Origin: Pirellulales bacterium
GTDB lineage: Bacteria; Planctomycetota; Planctomycetia; Pirellulales; JACPPG01
Assembly (NCBI GenBank): GCA_035546535.1
Contig: DASZWQ010000098.1
Location: 3,964-67,963 of the forward strand
Direction: 5' to 3'
Length of the DNA: 64,000 nucleotides
Positions 36,305 to 44,667 of the stretch are shown here, one piece after another (within the stretch, counting starts at the first letter, position 1; the number at the start of each line of letters is the position of its first letter). The translations under genes and the position numbers were made by a program. The notes under the pieces were generated by a model. The model was not told the DNA's origin, searched no databases, and saw nothing but the letters and a program-made list of their open reading frames with translations.

Positions 36305-36679
36305 TTAGGCAGTGACCGGCCTTAGAAGACCGTCCATGACTGTCCACGCGGGCCGCGTCGGGGTGACCCGGTGCCAGGACAGATTACCGATGTACCGGCG
36401 GTTGCCGGTGTGCCGGCCGTACGGGAAGCGTGCTGGAATAGCTTTCGCGACCCGCGTGCGGGTCCACTCGCGGCGCTCGCTTTTGACTAGCGACCGCAGA
36501 AAGCGCGCATAGAAGTCCGTGAAAAGGATTTTTGCGCCGGCTACTTCGTAGCATTCGGCAGCGATGAACTGCTCAACGATGGGACTAGTCTTGGCATCTG
36601 CCAGTTTTTGGATCGCCCGTGCGATTTCGTCGCCGGTCAGCGTGACTGGGCCCGCCACAGTAACAACATGTAAATTCAC
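36305..36679 (-). CDS. Hypothetical protein (124 aa)
   Basis: GTG 36679 is preceded by AGGAG. This is the first gene downstream of promoter-like motif copy A. Confidence 0.55.
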   Translation of the reverse strand: MNLHVVTVAGPVTLTGDEIARAIQKLADAKTSPIVEQFIAAECYEVAGAKILFTDFYARFLRSLVKSERREWTRTRVAKAIPARFPYGRHTGNRRYIGNLSWHRVTPTRPAWTVMDGLLRPVTA

Positions 36680-36710
36680 CCTGATGCTCCTGTCTCAAGT
36701 TGTAATTCGC

Positions 36711-36723
36711 CACACACACACAC
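36711..36723. repeat. (CA)6 dinucleotide repeat
   Basis: CACACACACACAC lies between motif copy A and the GTG start at 36679. Confidence 0.9.
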
Positions 36724-36724
36724 T

Positions 36725-36756
36725 TGTTAGGTGCAGCCCAGACCGATTTGGCACAC
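36725..36756 (-). promoter_or_regulatory. Bipartite promoter-like motif, copy A
   Basis: The minus strand reads GTGTGCCAAATCGGTCTGGGCTGCACCTAACA. It is upstream of 36305..36679 and forms an inverted repeat with copy B. Confidence 0.4.
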
Positions 36757-36785
36757 TCGATTCTGGAATTTTTTTTTGCGTGCAG

Positions 36786-36817
36786 GTGTGCCAGATTGCT
36801 CCGGGCTGCACCTAACA
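36786..36817 (+). promoter_or_regulatory. Bipartite promoter-like motif, copy B
   Basis: GTGTGCCAGATTGCTCCGGGCTGCACCTAACA. A T9 run (36769..36777) lies 8 nt upstream. It faces the repeat-dense non-coding region. Confidence 0.4.
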
Positions 36818-37148
36818 GGCATGGACTTAGACAGACTGAGACAGGACTACGTTGTAGTAGGGTCGGCGGTAAAATGTGCGTACGGGCTGCTCCGTGTGCA
36901 TGGCGACACACTGTACGCAATCGCTGAGGGGCACCCCCGCGTGCGGAATCAGCTTCGCGCGCTGCCGCGCGCGGTCCAGGGGCCGGGGGAATGCGTCATA
37001 CTCCCCGCCGAGCAGTTTCAGGCCGCGGCCGGGATCATGCGTCCTGTCTGCCAGGACCGACGCAGGAAGGGGCGACACGCCCCGCGACCGCCCCCGTCAC
37101 GGGATGCCAGCGGGCGGTTTCGCTCGCCGCGGCGATGAGTTAGTTTTC

Positions 37149-37168
37149 GAGTTACTTTCGGGGTAACT
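37149..37168. repeat. Palindromic site AGTTAC-N7-GTAACT
   Basis: GAGTTACTTTCGGGGTAACT at the left edge of the AT-rich core. Confidence 0.7.
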
Positions 37169-37343
37169 TCTTTTTCCCTTACAGACATCAATATATTTTT
37201 CTCTATAGGGTAGGGTAGAAGTTAATAAAAAAAAGCAACTATCGGTGGAAATCGAGCTATTGCGTTCGCGTAAATCCTTGATATATAAGGACTTAGCATC
37301 GTTTTTTCCGCCGAGTTACTTTTAGAGCCGCCGGAGCCCGGTC

Positions 37344-37364
37344 GAGTTACTCGAAAAGTAACTC
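37344..37364. repeat. Palindromic site GAGTTAC-N7-GTAACTC
   Basis: GAGTTACTCGAAAAGTAACTC at the right edge of the AT-rich core. An extra half-site GAGTTACT lies at 37313..37320. Confidence 0.75.
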
Positions 37365-37445
37365 TACCCCTCTGACGGGTTATGCGATAGACCCCTGATT
37401 TATGGGTCATCTTGAGGCCCAGGCACGTCCGCCGCGGCGAAACGC

Positions 37446-37462
37446 CTAGTTTCTGGGCACGC
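37446..37462 (+). repeat. 17-nt direct repeat, copy 1
   Basis: CTAGTTTCTGGGCACGC compared with CTAGTTTCTAGGCACGC at 37545..37561 (1 mismatch, 99 nt apart). Confidence 0.75.
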
Positions 37463-37467
37463 ACCTC

Positions 37468-37508
37468 GGCCCTCCGCCGGCCCTCCGCCGACCCTCCGCC
37501 GGCCCTGG
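37468..37508 (+). repeat. 11-nt tandem repeat (about 3.6 copies)
   Basis: GGCCCTCCGCC GGCCCTCCGCC GACCCTCCGCC GGCCCTGG. Confidence 0.85.
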
Positions 37509-37544
37509 ATTTCCCGGATGAAACACGTCCCCGGGGGCCGATCG

Positions 37545-37561
37545 CTAGTTTCTAGGCACGC
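37545..37561 (+). repeat. 17-nt direct repeat, copy 2
   Basis: CTAGTTTCTAGGCACGC. Confidence 0.75.
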
Positions 37562-37778
37562 CCCAGACGAAAGAGCAACGGCCGCGCAACCCGCAAAATC
37601 GCCGCCACCCCACCGAAGATTTGACCCTGCCCCGTCCCCAGGTCCGGCAACCCGCCAGACTCCGGCTACGCACACCGTTGCTCTATGCTCGTTTGGTGCC
37701 TGGATTCCTGGGGTCTGCGGGTCACTTTGTCCGGGACCTGTCCGCGTCGGCCGTGCATAGTGTACATGCGATCAGTAC

Positions 37779-37834
37779 CGGTTGTAACGATTATGACGGT
37801 TGTAGCGGTTGTGCCGGTTGTAGCGAGTTTGTGG
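37779..37834 (+). repeat. 9-nt iteron-like repeats CGGTTGTRN
   Basis: CGGTTGTAA (37779), then tandem CGGTTGTAG CGGTTGTGC CGGTTGTAG (37797..37823), then a degenerate CGAGTTTGTGG. Confidence 0.8.
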
Positions 37835-37980
37835 GGCCGATAAGCACAACCGCGCATACACGCTCCCATAACCGCGCGTTGGGGGCACTCCTACCACCCC
37901 CAGGCACCAGCGATCCGGGCATCTATATCGCGGTGGCCGGATCACGGCGCAGTCTCGGCTTTTTTTTTTTTTGAAATTTG

Positions 37981-38012
37981 GTGTGCCAGTTTGCGAGTTG
38001 CTGCACCTAACA
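37981..38012 (+). promoter_or_regulatory. Bipartite promoter-like motif, copy C
   Basis: GTGTGCCAGTTTGCGAGTTGCTGCACCTAACA. A T13 run (37960..37972) lies 8 nt upstream. An 8-bp hairpin 38021..38041 follows. Upstream of 38072..38488. Confidence 0.4.
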
Positions 38013-38071
38013 AGCATGGGCCGCAGGCACGTCGCCTGCGGACAGATGGAACCAAAGATGAGGTGCAATCA

Positions 38072-38488
38072 ATGGCCGCTACCAACATCAGCAAGCTACT
38101 GCGAATTGAGAATCGTGCAATCTTCGATGCCGTGAATGAGATTGTTTGCGACGTGCAATGCGACGGCATGTTTACAAACAAGCGTTATGACAGGATGTAC
38201 ATCCGGGAAGTCCTAGAGTACGGCCGATTGGTGAGCGAACAACTTTGCGAAGGCTTCCAAGGATTTGAGGCCGACCCGTGGCCAGGCGACAAGATGATGC
38301 TGCGGCAACCTAATAATCTCATCTACTTCTTTTGTGACGACGGCCAGTGGTACTCGGCTTTCAATGGGAAGTTTGACCGACTTCTTGAACCGATGCCCGC
38401 GCTGCCAATTGGCGATGCTGAATCGGCCATACTAGACAGTATCTATTACGGTGCCGATGACAGCAGCCGAAACGCATTGCTCGTTTAA
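38072..38488 (+). CDS. Hypothetical protein (138 aa)
   Basis: GAGGTG lies upstream of ATG 38072 (MAATNISKLLRIENRAIFD..). No family recognised. Confidence 0.55.
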   Translation: MAATNISKLLRIENRAIFDAVNEIVCDVQCDGMFTNKRYDRMYIREVLEYGRLVSEQLCEGFQGFEADPWPGDKMMLRQPNNLIYFFCDDGQWYSAFNGKFDRLLEPMPALPIGDAESAILDSIYYGADDSSRNALLV

Positions 38489-38635
38489 CAAAATAGCGGA
38501 CCCCAGTTGATCCAGAGTCCAAAGCCAACAACCCAGAGCCAACAACGCCTAGGCCGATTAGGTTCGGCAACGGCCCAAGCGCCAGCGGTACAAGTGCTAA
38601 GCGATCAGCGATCAACTGGGGTCTTTTCAATTCAT

Positions 38636-38881
38636 ATGACAGCAGCAACAAGAATCGCAATCGCCCTGGAGCGCATCGCCGATCATCTCGATAGGGCGAA
38701 GCCGCCGGCACCTTTGACCGCTGAACAAGTCGCCGAACGGCTAGGCGTCAGCGTCGATAAGGTCTACCAGATGGCCCGCAAAAAAGAATTGCGGTCCACG
38801 AAACACGGACGCGCGGTCCGGTTCGCGGTTGCCGATATCGAGCGCTATCTAGCGGATCAACGGCCACGCCTCATTGCGTAG
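38636..38881 (+). CDS. xis: Excisionase-family HTH DNA-binding protein
   Basis: LTAEQVAERLGVSVDKVYQMARKKELRSTKHGRAVRFAVADIERYL matches the excisionase/MerR-like HTH pattern. Start moved to ATG 38636. Confidence 0.75.
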   Translation: MTAATRIAIALERIADHLDRAKPPAPLTAEQVAERLGVSVDKVYQMARKKELRSTKHGRAVRFAVADIERYLADQRPRLIA

Positions 38882-39908
38882 CCTTGTCGAGTTCGTCACG
38901 CAAGAATTGGTGCTGTCTCTCTAGATGGCCGTACACTCTGCGGACCATTGTCCCATCGACGTGGCCCATTAGTACGCCAGTGGTGTCGGCAGTAAGACCT
39001 CTCCGTAGCGCACGCTGCGCAAAACGATGGCGAACAGCGTAGGCGCACAGCCCGTTGATTTTCAGTTTGTTGCGTAGCTTTGAGAATCGCTGCGCAATTG
39101 CTCCGGCCGTGTACTCTTGACCCTTGCGACCACGGAACAGCGGTCCGGTCGGATGCTTCTTCGACAGTCGGTCGATAATCTCGGCAGCAGCGGAATTCAG
39201 CCGAATCACTCGGCGAACCTTTTGACCCTTGCTGTTCTCGCGCTCCAGGATCAAATCTTGATCCTCTCTGTGTGCAGCGCTGACACACCGCACCTCTTGC
39301 GGCCGGCAGCCGGTCGCATCCAAGAACTTCAGCACGTCCACAAAGTCAGCTTGCGCAGCGTCCAGGACGCGCTGCCAGTCAGCATCGGAAATATCAACTT
39401 CGCGTGGTATGACTTGCGGGCGCTCAATGCTGACCACGGGATTGATTGCCAGACCCTCGACCAGTTGTTGCTTGATTGCCCAGTTGAACACGCGGGCTGC
39501 GGCAGCAGCACAGCCATTCTTGTACGTTGATCCGCCCGGAAGGTTGTCTATCCAGCTTTGGATATGATGGCCCCGCGCTTCGTGGACCTTTACACTTCCG
39601 CAGTGAGCGACGAACGGGGTCAGTCGCTCCAAGTAGGTCTGGTGAGTTCTAGGCTTCTTCTTCTTCTTTGCCCAGTCGAGGAATTGTTGGCAGAGTTCCT
39701 GTATTGTGGTGGCGGAATTGACTGGCTGCGCACCTGCCATCCGTTTGTGATACTCACGCTCGGCGGCTTCCTTGCTACTTTTGCCATCGTTGTCGAGGTA
39801 TTTTCCGTTGGCATCCTTCTGGGTCTTGGCCAGCCGGACGGGTTTGCCACCCGGACCAACGTCCGCATACCATGCGTGGTGAGACTTCTTGTAGTACGGC
39901 AGTTTCAT
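38871..39908 (-). CDS. int: Tyrosine-type site-specific integrase
   Basis: 345 aa. N-terminal SAM-like region and C-terminal catalytic residues in ..YAVRHRFAQRAL.. and ..LMGHVDGTMVRRVYGHL. Adjacent to the tRNA. Confidence 0.9.
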   Translation of the reverse strand: MKLPYYKKSHHAWYADVGPGGKPVRLAKTQKDANGKYLDNDGKSSKEAAEREYHKRMAGAQPVNSATTIQELCQQFLDWAKKKKKPRTHQTYLERLTPFVAHCGSVKVHEARGHHIQSWIDNLPGGSTYKNGCAAAAARVFNWAIKQQLVEGLAINPVVSIERPQVIPREVDISDADWQRVLDAAQADFVDVLKFLDATGCRPQEVRCVSAAHREDQDLILERENSKGQKVRRVIRLNSAAAEIIDRLSKKHPTGPLFRGRKGQEYTAGAIAQRFSKLRNKLKINGLCAYAVRHRFAQRALRRGLTADTTGVLMGHVDGTMVRRVYGHLERQHQFLRDELDKATQ

Positions 39909-39941
39909 GCTTGCTTGCCCTCCTATCTGTACTATACTTCA

Positions 39942-39963
39942 TCCGGACAGGAATCCGGACAAG
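39942..39963 (+). repeat. Paired CCGGACA half-sites (candidate integrase arm-type site, right arm)
   Basis: TCCGGACAGGAATCCGGACAAG, located 23 nt upstream of the tRNA. Confidence 0.45.
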
Positions 39964-39985
39964 TTCACAGAAAAAAGAGGGTTTT

Positions 39986-40058
<73 letters not shown>

Positions 40059-40074
40059 CTCTTCGGTTGACGAC

Positions 40075-40419
40075 TTAAGTGCTGCGCCGCGCTTTGGCGG
40101 TGGCCCGCGGTCGGGTCGGCGTGGGCTCTTTCACCGGAATCGCGGTCGTTGCGCGCTTGGCGCGAACTTTCGCACGCGGCGCGTCCATGAAGCCCGGTGG
40201 GCGGCGGCGCCCCTTGCTCTCCAGCTTCCACTCGAGCAGGTCGGCCAGCTTGTCGACGGCCTTGAGCGTCAGACCACGCTGACCTGACATGAACCGCGAT
40301 AGCGTGGCCTCGCTGATGCCGGTGCGCTTCGACAGTTGGTAGCGCGTCAAGCCGCAGCCGCCAATGGCGCGGCGCAGTTGCTCGCTAAAGTTTCTCTTTC
40401 GGTGCGTTCTTCGGCTCAT
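40075..40419 (-). CDS. XRE-family HTH transcriptional regulator
   Basis: ..FSEQLRRAIGGCGLTRYQLSKRTGISEATLSRFMSGQRGLTLKAVDKLADLL.. Start moved to ATG 40419. Lies outside the att repeats. Confidence 0.7.
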   Translation of the reverse strand: MSRRTHRKRNFSEQLRRAIGGCGLTRYQLSKRTGISEATLSRFMSGQRGLTLKAVDKLADLLEWKLESKGRRRPPGFMDAPRAKVRAKRATTAIPVKEPTPTRPRATAKARRST

Positions 40420-40615
40420 ACGTAAAGCCTGCTTTATACTTTCCGTTCTGTCAAGTACGGGCCCAACGTCCCCAGGGTGTGGGGTGAAAGCTCTGAGGGG
40501 CCCATTGCCGGCATCGACTGCGGCAGACAGAATTGGGGCGGATCGCCGCGATCGCCCAGGGACGAGGTCAGGCATAAAGGCGGCTTTGCGTCGTGGCACG
40601 GATTGGATCGTTCAG

Positions 40616-42133
40616 ATGAACTTTCGAACGCGCAGGTGGTTAACCGACGTGACGCAGCAGCAAGATTCAGCCCACGTTCGACTTCCCCGCTGTTCGGCCT
40701 GTTCAGTTGTGGCGGGGACGCTAATGGCCGCGCTGGCATTATTGAATACGCGCAGCCTCGCGACAGAACTCGACGAACTGGACCCTGCCTATCATCACAC
40801 GGGCGAGCTGGCGGGATCGCTTCGCTCGACTGATCCGCCGCCGCTTTTCGATGCCGATCCGCACCATCTTTGGAATCGGCTCTTTGCCGCCGCCACGATC
40901 CGCAAAAGCCACCTTCCTTCGCGGCGCAGTGGTGCGCCGGTCGAGCGGATCGAAGGAGGAGACCGGATCGAATTCTTCGGCTGGGGCGGCACCACGTATT
41001 GGGACGACCCGGAGCCGATGGCGCAGCTGACGACCCTGCTCGATCAATTCCTCGACGGAGGCGACAAGCTGAAAAGCGAGCCCATGGCGCGGGTGCTGCT
41101 ACAACACGATCTGTGGACGTTGTTCGATTTTCTGATGGGCCGCCACATCGCCCGTCAAGGCGACGCCGAGACGCGCAAGCATCGTGACGAAGTCTGCCGA
41201 AGACTGGCGCACGCCATCCAAAGGCTCGCGTTGCCCGCCGAAACGCTATCAAAACTTCCGAATAACTATGCCTTGGCGGTTGAATCCGGTCGGTTTGCCG
41301 CGACGCATGACTTCGATCCACAGCGCCACTATTTGCCACCGACACTCCTCTCAGGGAACGAGGATTGGCAAGAGATCGACTTCTATCAAGCGCATCGCTC
41401 CGAGGATGTCGAGCGGCGGTACGTCTTCTTGCACATGCGGGCGTTTCAGGGACGCTCTTACTTTCGCGTCTTCTGCCGCTTCCCGGGCGGCCGTGCCCAG
41501 CTCGAAGAATATCTGAAGCAGCTAGACGATCACGGGATCGACTGGCGCGCGTCGGCGCAACATGGCAGCATCGCGCTCACGCCCGAAGCGCCGCATCTGC
41601 CTGCCGGAACAGAAGTGGCGCTCGTGCAATTCCTGATCGCGCTCGATCCGGAATTGCATATGGTTCCGACGTCGCTCGTCGAATCGGTGCGCCTGCTGGT
41701 GTTCAAGAACGCCGACGGCACGCCGGACCCTGGCACCAATATGGGAAATGGCGTGAATGCCGCCAAATACACTCTCAAGCGACGCCTGGCGCTGGCCGAG
41801 GGGGGGATGCAACACGGCGGTTTACATCGCGAGCCCGACGATCTGCCGGTCTATCGTGTGCTCTTCGAAAATGAAAAGGCGCCTGACTGGGGAACGCGCG
41901 GTCGCTATTTCAAACTGGTTGCCGATTGTCGCGCCTGCCACTCGGGCGCCGCGCAAACGGGCGTTCAGTCGATCGGCTCGCTCGTCAATACGGCGAGCAT
42001 CGATTCCGGGGCGGCGCTCGGTGTCTCGCGTCCGCTGGCTGTTGGCGAACCCAGCCCCCATCCCGCGCGCACCGTCAAGTGGAAGAGCGCCGAAGAAACC
42101 TACCGGCGGCTGCTGGAATACGTGGAAAGGTGA
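40616..42133 (+). CDS. Hypothetical secreted protein (505 aa) with a C-terminal CxxCH motif
   Basis: Start moved to ATG 40616 (MNFRTRRWL.., hydrophobic segment VVAGTLMAALALL). ..ADCRACHSG.. lies near the C-terminus. No family recognised. Confidence 0.6.
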   Translation: MNFRTRRWLTDVTQQQDSAHVRLPRCSACSVVAGTLMAALALLNTRSLATELDELDPAYHHTGELAGSLRSTDPPPLFDADPHHLWNRLFAAATIRKSHLPSRRSGAPVERIEGGDRIEFFGWGGTTYWDDPEPMAQLTTLLDQFLDGGDKLKSEPMARVLLQHDLWTLFDFLMGRHIARQGDAETRKHRDEVCRRLAHAIQRLALPAETLSKLPNNYALAVESGRFAATHDFDPQRHYLPPTLLSGNEDWQEIDFYQAHRSEDVERRYVFLHMRAFQGRSYFRVFCRFPGGRAQLEEYLKQLDDHGIDWRASAQHGSIALTPEAPHLPAGTEVALVQFLIALDPELHMVPTSLVESVRLLVFKNADGTPDPGTNMGNGVNAAKYTLKRRLALAEGGMQHGGLHREPDDLPVYRVLFENEKAPDWGTRGRYFKLVADCRACHSGAAQTGVQSIGSLVNTASIDSGAALGVSRPLAVGEPSPHPARTVKWKSAEETYRRLLEYVER

Positions 42134-42386
42134 CGTTGCACCAGTGCCCGGCAGCGGCACGAGCACGCCGGTGGTGCGCGCACAAGTCTCTGTGGTGGCC
42201 GAGGGCAAGCCGCGCGCGGTGGTGGTCACCGCGGTCCGTCCATCTCCGGTCGCTGCCTACGCGGCCGAGGAACGGATCGCGCGAAGCGCGATCCTTCGCC
42301 CGAGTTCGCCGAACGTGTGCGATTCTTGCAGTCCGGCCTGCGGCATTCTCTCTTGTCTTTACGCTTGCAGGCTGCGCAGGGCAGCC

Positions 42387-43703
42387 TCAGACCGCTGCCG
42401 CCGACCGTTGGCGCCGACCGCGCGAGCCTCGCCCGCCCTTGGCCGGGCGGGCTTGCTTGTCGAATCGTTGATGGCGCCCGCCATGCCCACGCGGCGGCCG
42501 CGATTGGCCCGAGCGCTGGTTCGATTTGTTGCCCGCTTGCTTGGGCCGCGCTCCGCCGAGCAGCGGCGCGAGGGCCGCGTGTTCCTTGTCGACCGTGAGA
42601 GGGCGGCGAATCAGCCGTTCGATATCTCGCAGGTACGACCGTTCGTCGTGGTCGCAAAACGACACGGCGATTCCCGTCGCTCCCGCGCGACCTGTCCGAC
42701 CGATGCGATGGACGTACGTTTCGGCCTCGTTCGGCAGATCGTAGTTGAAGACGTGCGACACGCCGTCGACGTCGATGCCGCGGGCCGCCAGGTCGGTCGC
42801 CACGAGTACCGGCGGCCGGTTCGACTTGAAATTCGCCAGGCTGCGTTGGCGGGCCGCCTGGCTCTTGTTTCCATGAATCGCCTCGGCCTTGATCCCCGCC
42901 TTGTTCAACTGCCACACGACCCGGTCGGCGCCGTGTTTGGTGCGCGTGAAGACGATGGCCCGCGTCACTTCTTCCTTGCTCAACATCGTCGTGAGCAGAT
43001 CCGTCTTTTTCGGCTTCGGCACGAAGCACACCGTTTGTTCGATCAATTCCGTCGTGGCCTTTACTGCCGCGACGCGAATGCGAACCGGGTCGCGCAGGAT
43101 GGCATCGGCCAATTGCTCGATCGGCGCGGGCATGGTGGCCGAGAAGAAGACCGTTTGCCGGGCCGCCGGCAACTTGGCGATCACGCGGCGCAAGTCCGGT
43201 AGAAAGCCCATGTCCAGCATGCGATCGGCTTCGTCGAGAACAAAAATCTCGACGGATCTCAGATCGACGTGCCCCTGGTTCATCAGGTCCAACAGCCGGC
43301 CCGGCGTGGCCACGACGACATCGACGCCGTGACGCAGCGCCTTTACCTGCGGATGTTGCCCGACGCCGCCGTAAATGACCGAGCAGCGCAGCGACGTGTG
43401 AGCCCCATAAGTCTGAAAGCTGTCGCGGATCTGCGATGCCAATTCACGCGTCGGCGAAAGCACCAGGGCGCGGATGCGGCGCCCGGAGCCGCGCGCGGGA
43501 TTGCCATTGTGCGTCAAGTGATGAAGGATCGGCAGCGCAAAGGCGGCGGTTTTGCCCGTGCCCGTTTGCGCGCAACCGAGAACGTCACGACGCGCCAGCA
43601 CATGAGGAATGGCCTCGGCTTGGATCGGCGTGGGGGTGGTGTAGCCGGCGGTGGAAATGGCGCGCAAAAGGGGCTGCGCGAGCCCAAACGAATCAAACGA
43701 CAT
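42387..43703 (-). CDS. DEAD-box ATP-dependent RNA helicase (RhlE-like)
   Basis: Q motif ..GYTTPTPIQ.., motif I AQTGTGKTAAF, motif II VLDEADRMLDMGF, SAT, and a basic C-terminal tail. Confidence 0.9.
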   Translation of the reverse strand: MSFDSFGLAQPLLRAISTAGYTTPTPIQAEAIPHVLARRDVLGCAQTGTGKTAAFALPILHHLTHNGNPARGSGRRIRALVLSPTRELASQIRDSFQTYGAHTSLRCSVIYGGVGQHPQVKALRHGVDVVVATPGRLLDLMNQGHVDLRSVEIFVLDEADRMLDMGFLPDLRRVIAKLPAARQTVFFSATMPAPIEQLADAILRDPVRIRVAAVKATTELIEQTVCFVPKPKKTDLLTTMLSKEEVTRAIVFTRTKHGADRVVWQLNKAGIKAEAIHGNKSQAARQRSLANFKSNRPPVLVATDLAARGIDVDGVSHVFNYDLPNEAETYVHRIGRTGRAGATGIAVSFCDHDERSYLRDIERLIRRPLTVDKEHAALAPLLGGARPKQAGNKSNQRSGQSRPPRGHGGRHQRFDKQARPAKGGRGSRGRRQRSAAAV

Positions 43704-43900
43704 TCGAGGTCCCTAAAGAGTCTTTCAGGACCGAATGCTCGAACGCGAAAAGCGCTCTGGGAAAGCCATTGGACCTGCAATAATCCAATGGCGAAAAAGA
43801 CGGCCGAGAGGATCAAGATGCTATTAATGTAGCACGCTTTCGCGGAAAGGGCCAGGGCGACGCGGCCCGGGTAGTGTCTTGAGGTTGTGGTGCCAGACCG

Positions 43901-44506
43901 CTAGCGGGTTATGCTCGAAACCACTTCCTTCCATTCGGGCTTAACCTTCGCCCCCTTGCTCACGAGGAATGCGACAACCTCACGCTGCCTGCCGTGATCG
44001 GCGGGATTGTTTGTAGGGGGCTCGCCTATGCTGTGCACGGCCCAGCCAAGCGGCGTGGAATGATACTCGGAATCTTCAAGTTCCAAGTCTGCGCCTTCCG
44101 TCAGGCGCTGGACCAATGGAAGCTCGCCAAACAGTGCAGCCCAATGCAGTGCGGTCTCGCCACCATTGCCAAGCAGGTGCGGATGAGCGCCCGCATCGAG
44201 CAATCGCAGCCCGACATCGACTGCCCCCAGACTGGCCGCGCCGATCAGGGGCGTTTCGTCTCGACCTTCCTTGTGGTAGTTCACGTCGGCCCCGGATTCG
44301 ATCAGTGCGTCCACGAGCGGCAATTCTTTGCCCTTCGGCAATATGCCATTAAATAGCGCGTCAGAGACGTAGTGCAGGGGGTGCGTGAGGCATGGGCACG
44401 ACGGTCTGCCCCATTTGATGAGCGCGTTCGCTTGGCTGGGATCGGCCGAAAGAACGTTGCGAAGCGCCGCGGCATTTCCGCTATCGATGGCAGATTTCGT
44501 ATCCAT
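43901..44506 (-). CDS. Ankyrin repeat protein
   Basis: Repeats such as ..TPLIGAASLGAVDVGLRLLDAGAHP.. and ..GETALHWAALFGELPLVQRLTEGADLE.. Confidence 0.8.
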   Translation of the reverse strand: MDTKSAIDSGNAAALRNVLSADPSQANALIKWGRPSCPCLTHPLHYVSDALFNGILPKGKELPLVDALIESGADVNYHKEGRDETPLIGAASLGAVDVGLRLLDAGAHPHLLGNGGETALHWAALFGELPLVQRLTEGADLELEDSEYHSTPLGWAVHSIGEPPTNNPADHGRQREVVAFLVSKGAKVKPEWKEVVSSITR

Positions 44507-44667
44507 CCGAGGCTTCTCCCGGAACTAGTGGGTCGGCATAGATGCGTGTTCGCTCATGCCGCATTTTAGTACGATGCCGTCATCCCTGGCAGCGCGGTTG
44601 ATCCCCGCCTTCGGCCTACCTTAAGACGTTACCGCGGCCCCGCGTTTCCTACACGATCGCCGCGCGG

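Noticed and set aside
36748-36765. Sigma-54-like promoter (TTGGCACACTCGATTCT)
   Set aside because: The TGGCAC -24 box is present, but the -12 position reads ATTC instead of TTGC. In addition, the TGGCAC is simply the reverse complement of the GTGTGCCA box shared by all three motif copies.
36821-37138. A 105-aa plus-strand ORF starting at the GCATGG of motif copy B (MDLDRLRQDYVVVGSAVKCAYGLL..), and the overlapping 83-aa minus-strand ORF 36827..37078
   Set aside because: The two ORFs overlap almost completely on opposite strands, and neither has a Shine-Dalgarno site or a recognisable family. The plus-strand ORF ends in a long Arg/Pro-rich tail. I cannot decide between them or exclude that both are spurious, so neither is called. 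The plus-strand one would be worth testing as a leaderless gene.
37468-37834. Tandem repeats considered as a possible CRISPR array
   Set aside because: The units are only 9-11 nt, directly abutting or separated by very short spacers. There is no alternation of 25-40-nt repeats with unique spacers and no cas genes. The ORF 37772..38068(-) that reads YNRHNRYNRH is simply the translation of the 9-nt iterons.
40075-40419. XRE-family regulator as the prophage CI-like repressor
   Set aside because: It lies beyond the 3' end of the intact tRNA, outside the 42-nt direct repeats, so I assign it to the host flank. This could be revisited if an empty site shows otherwise.
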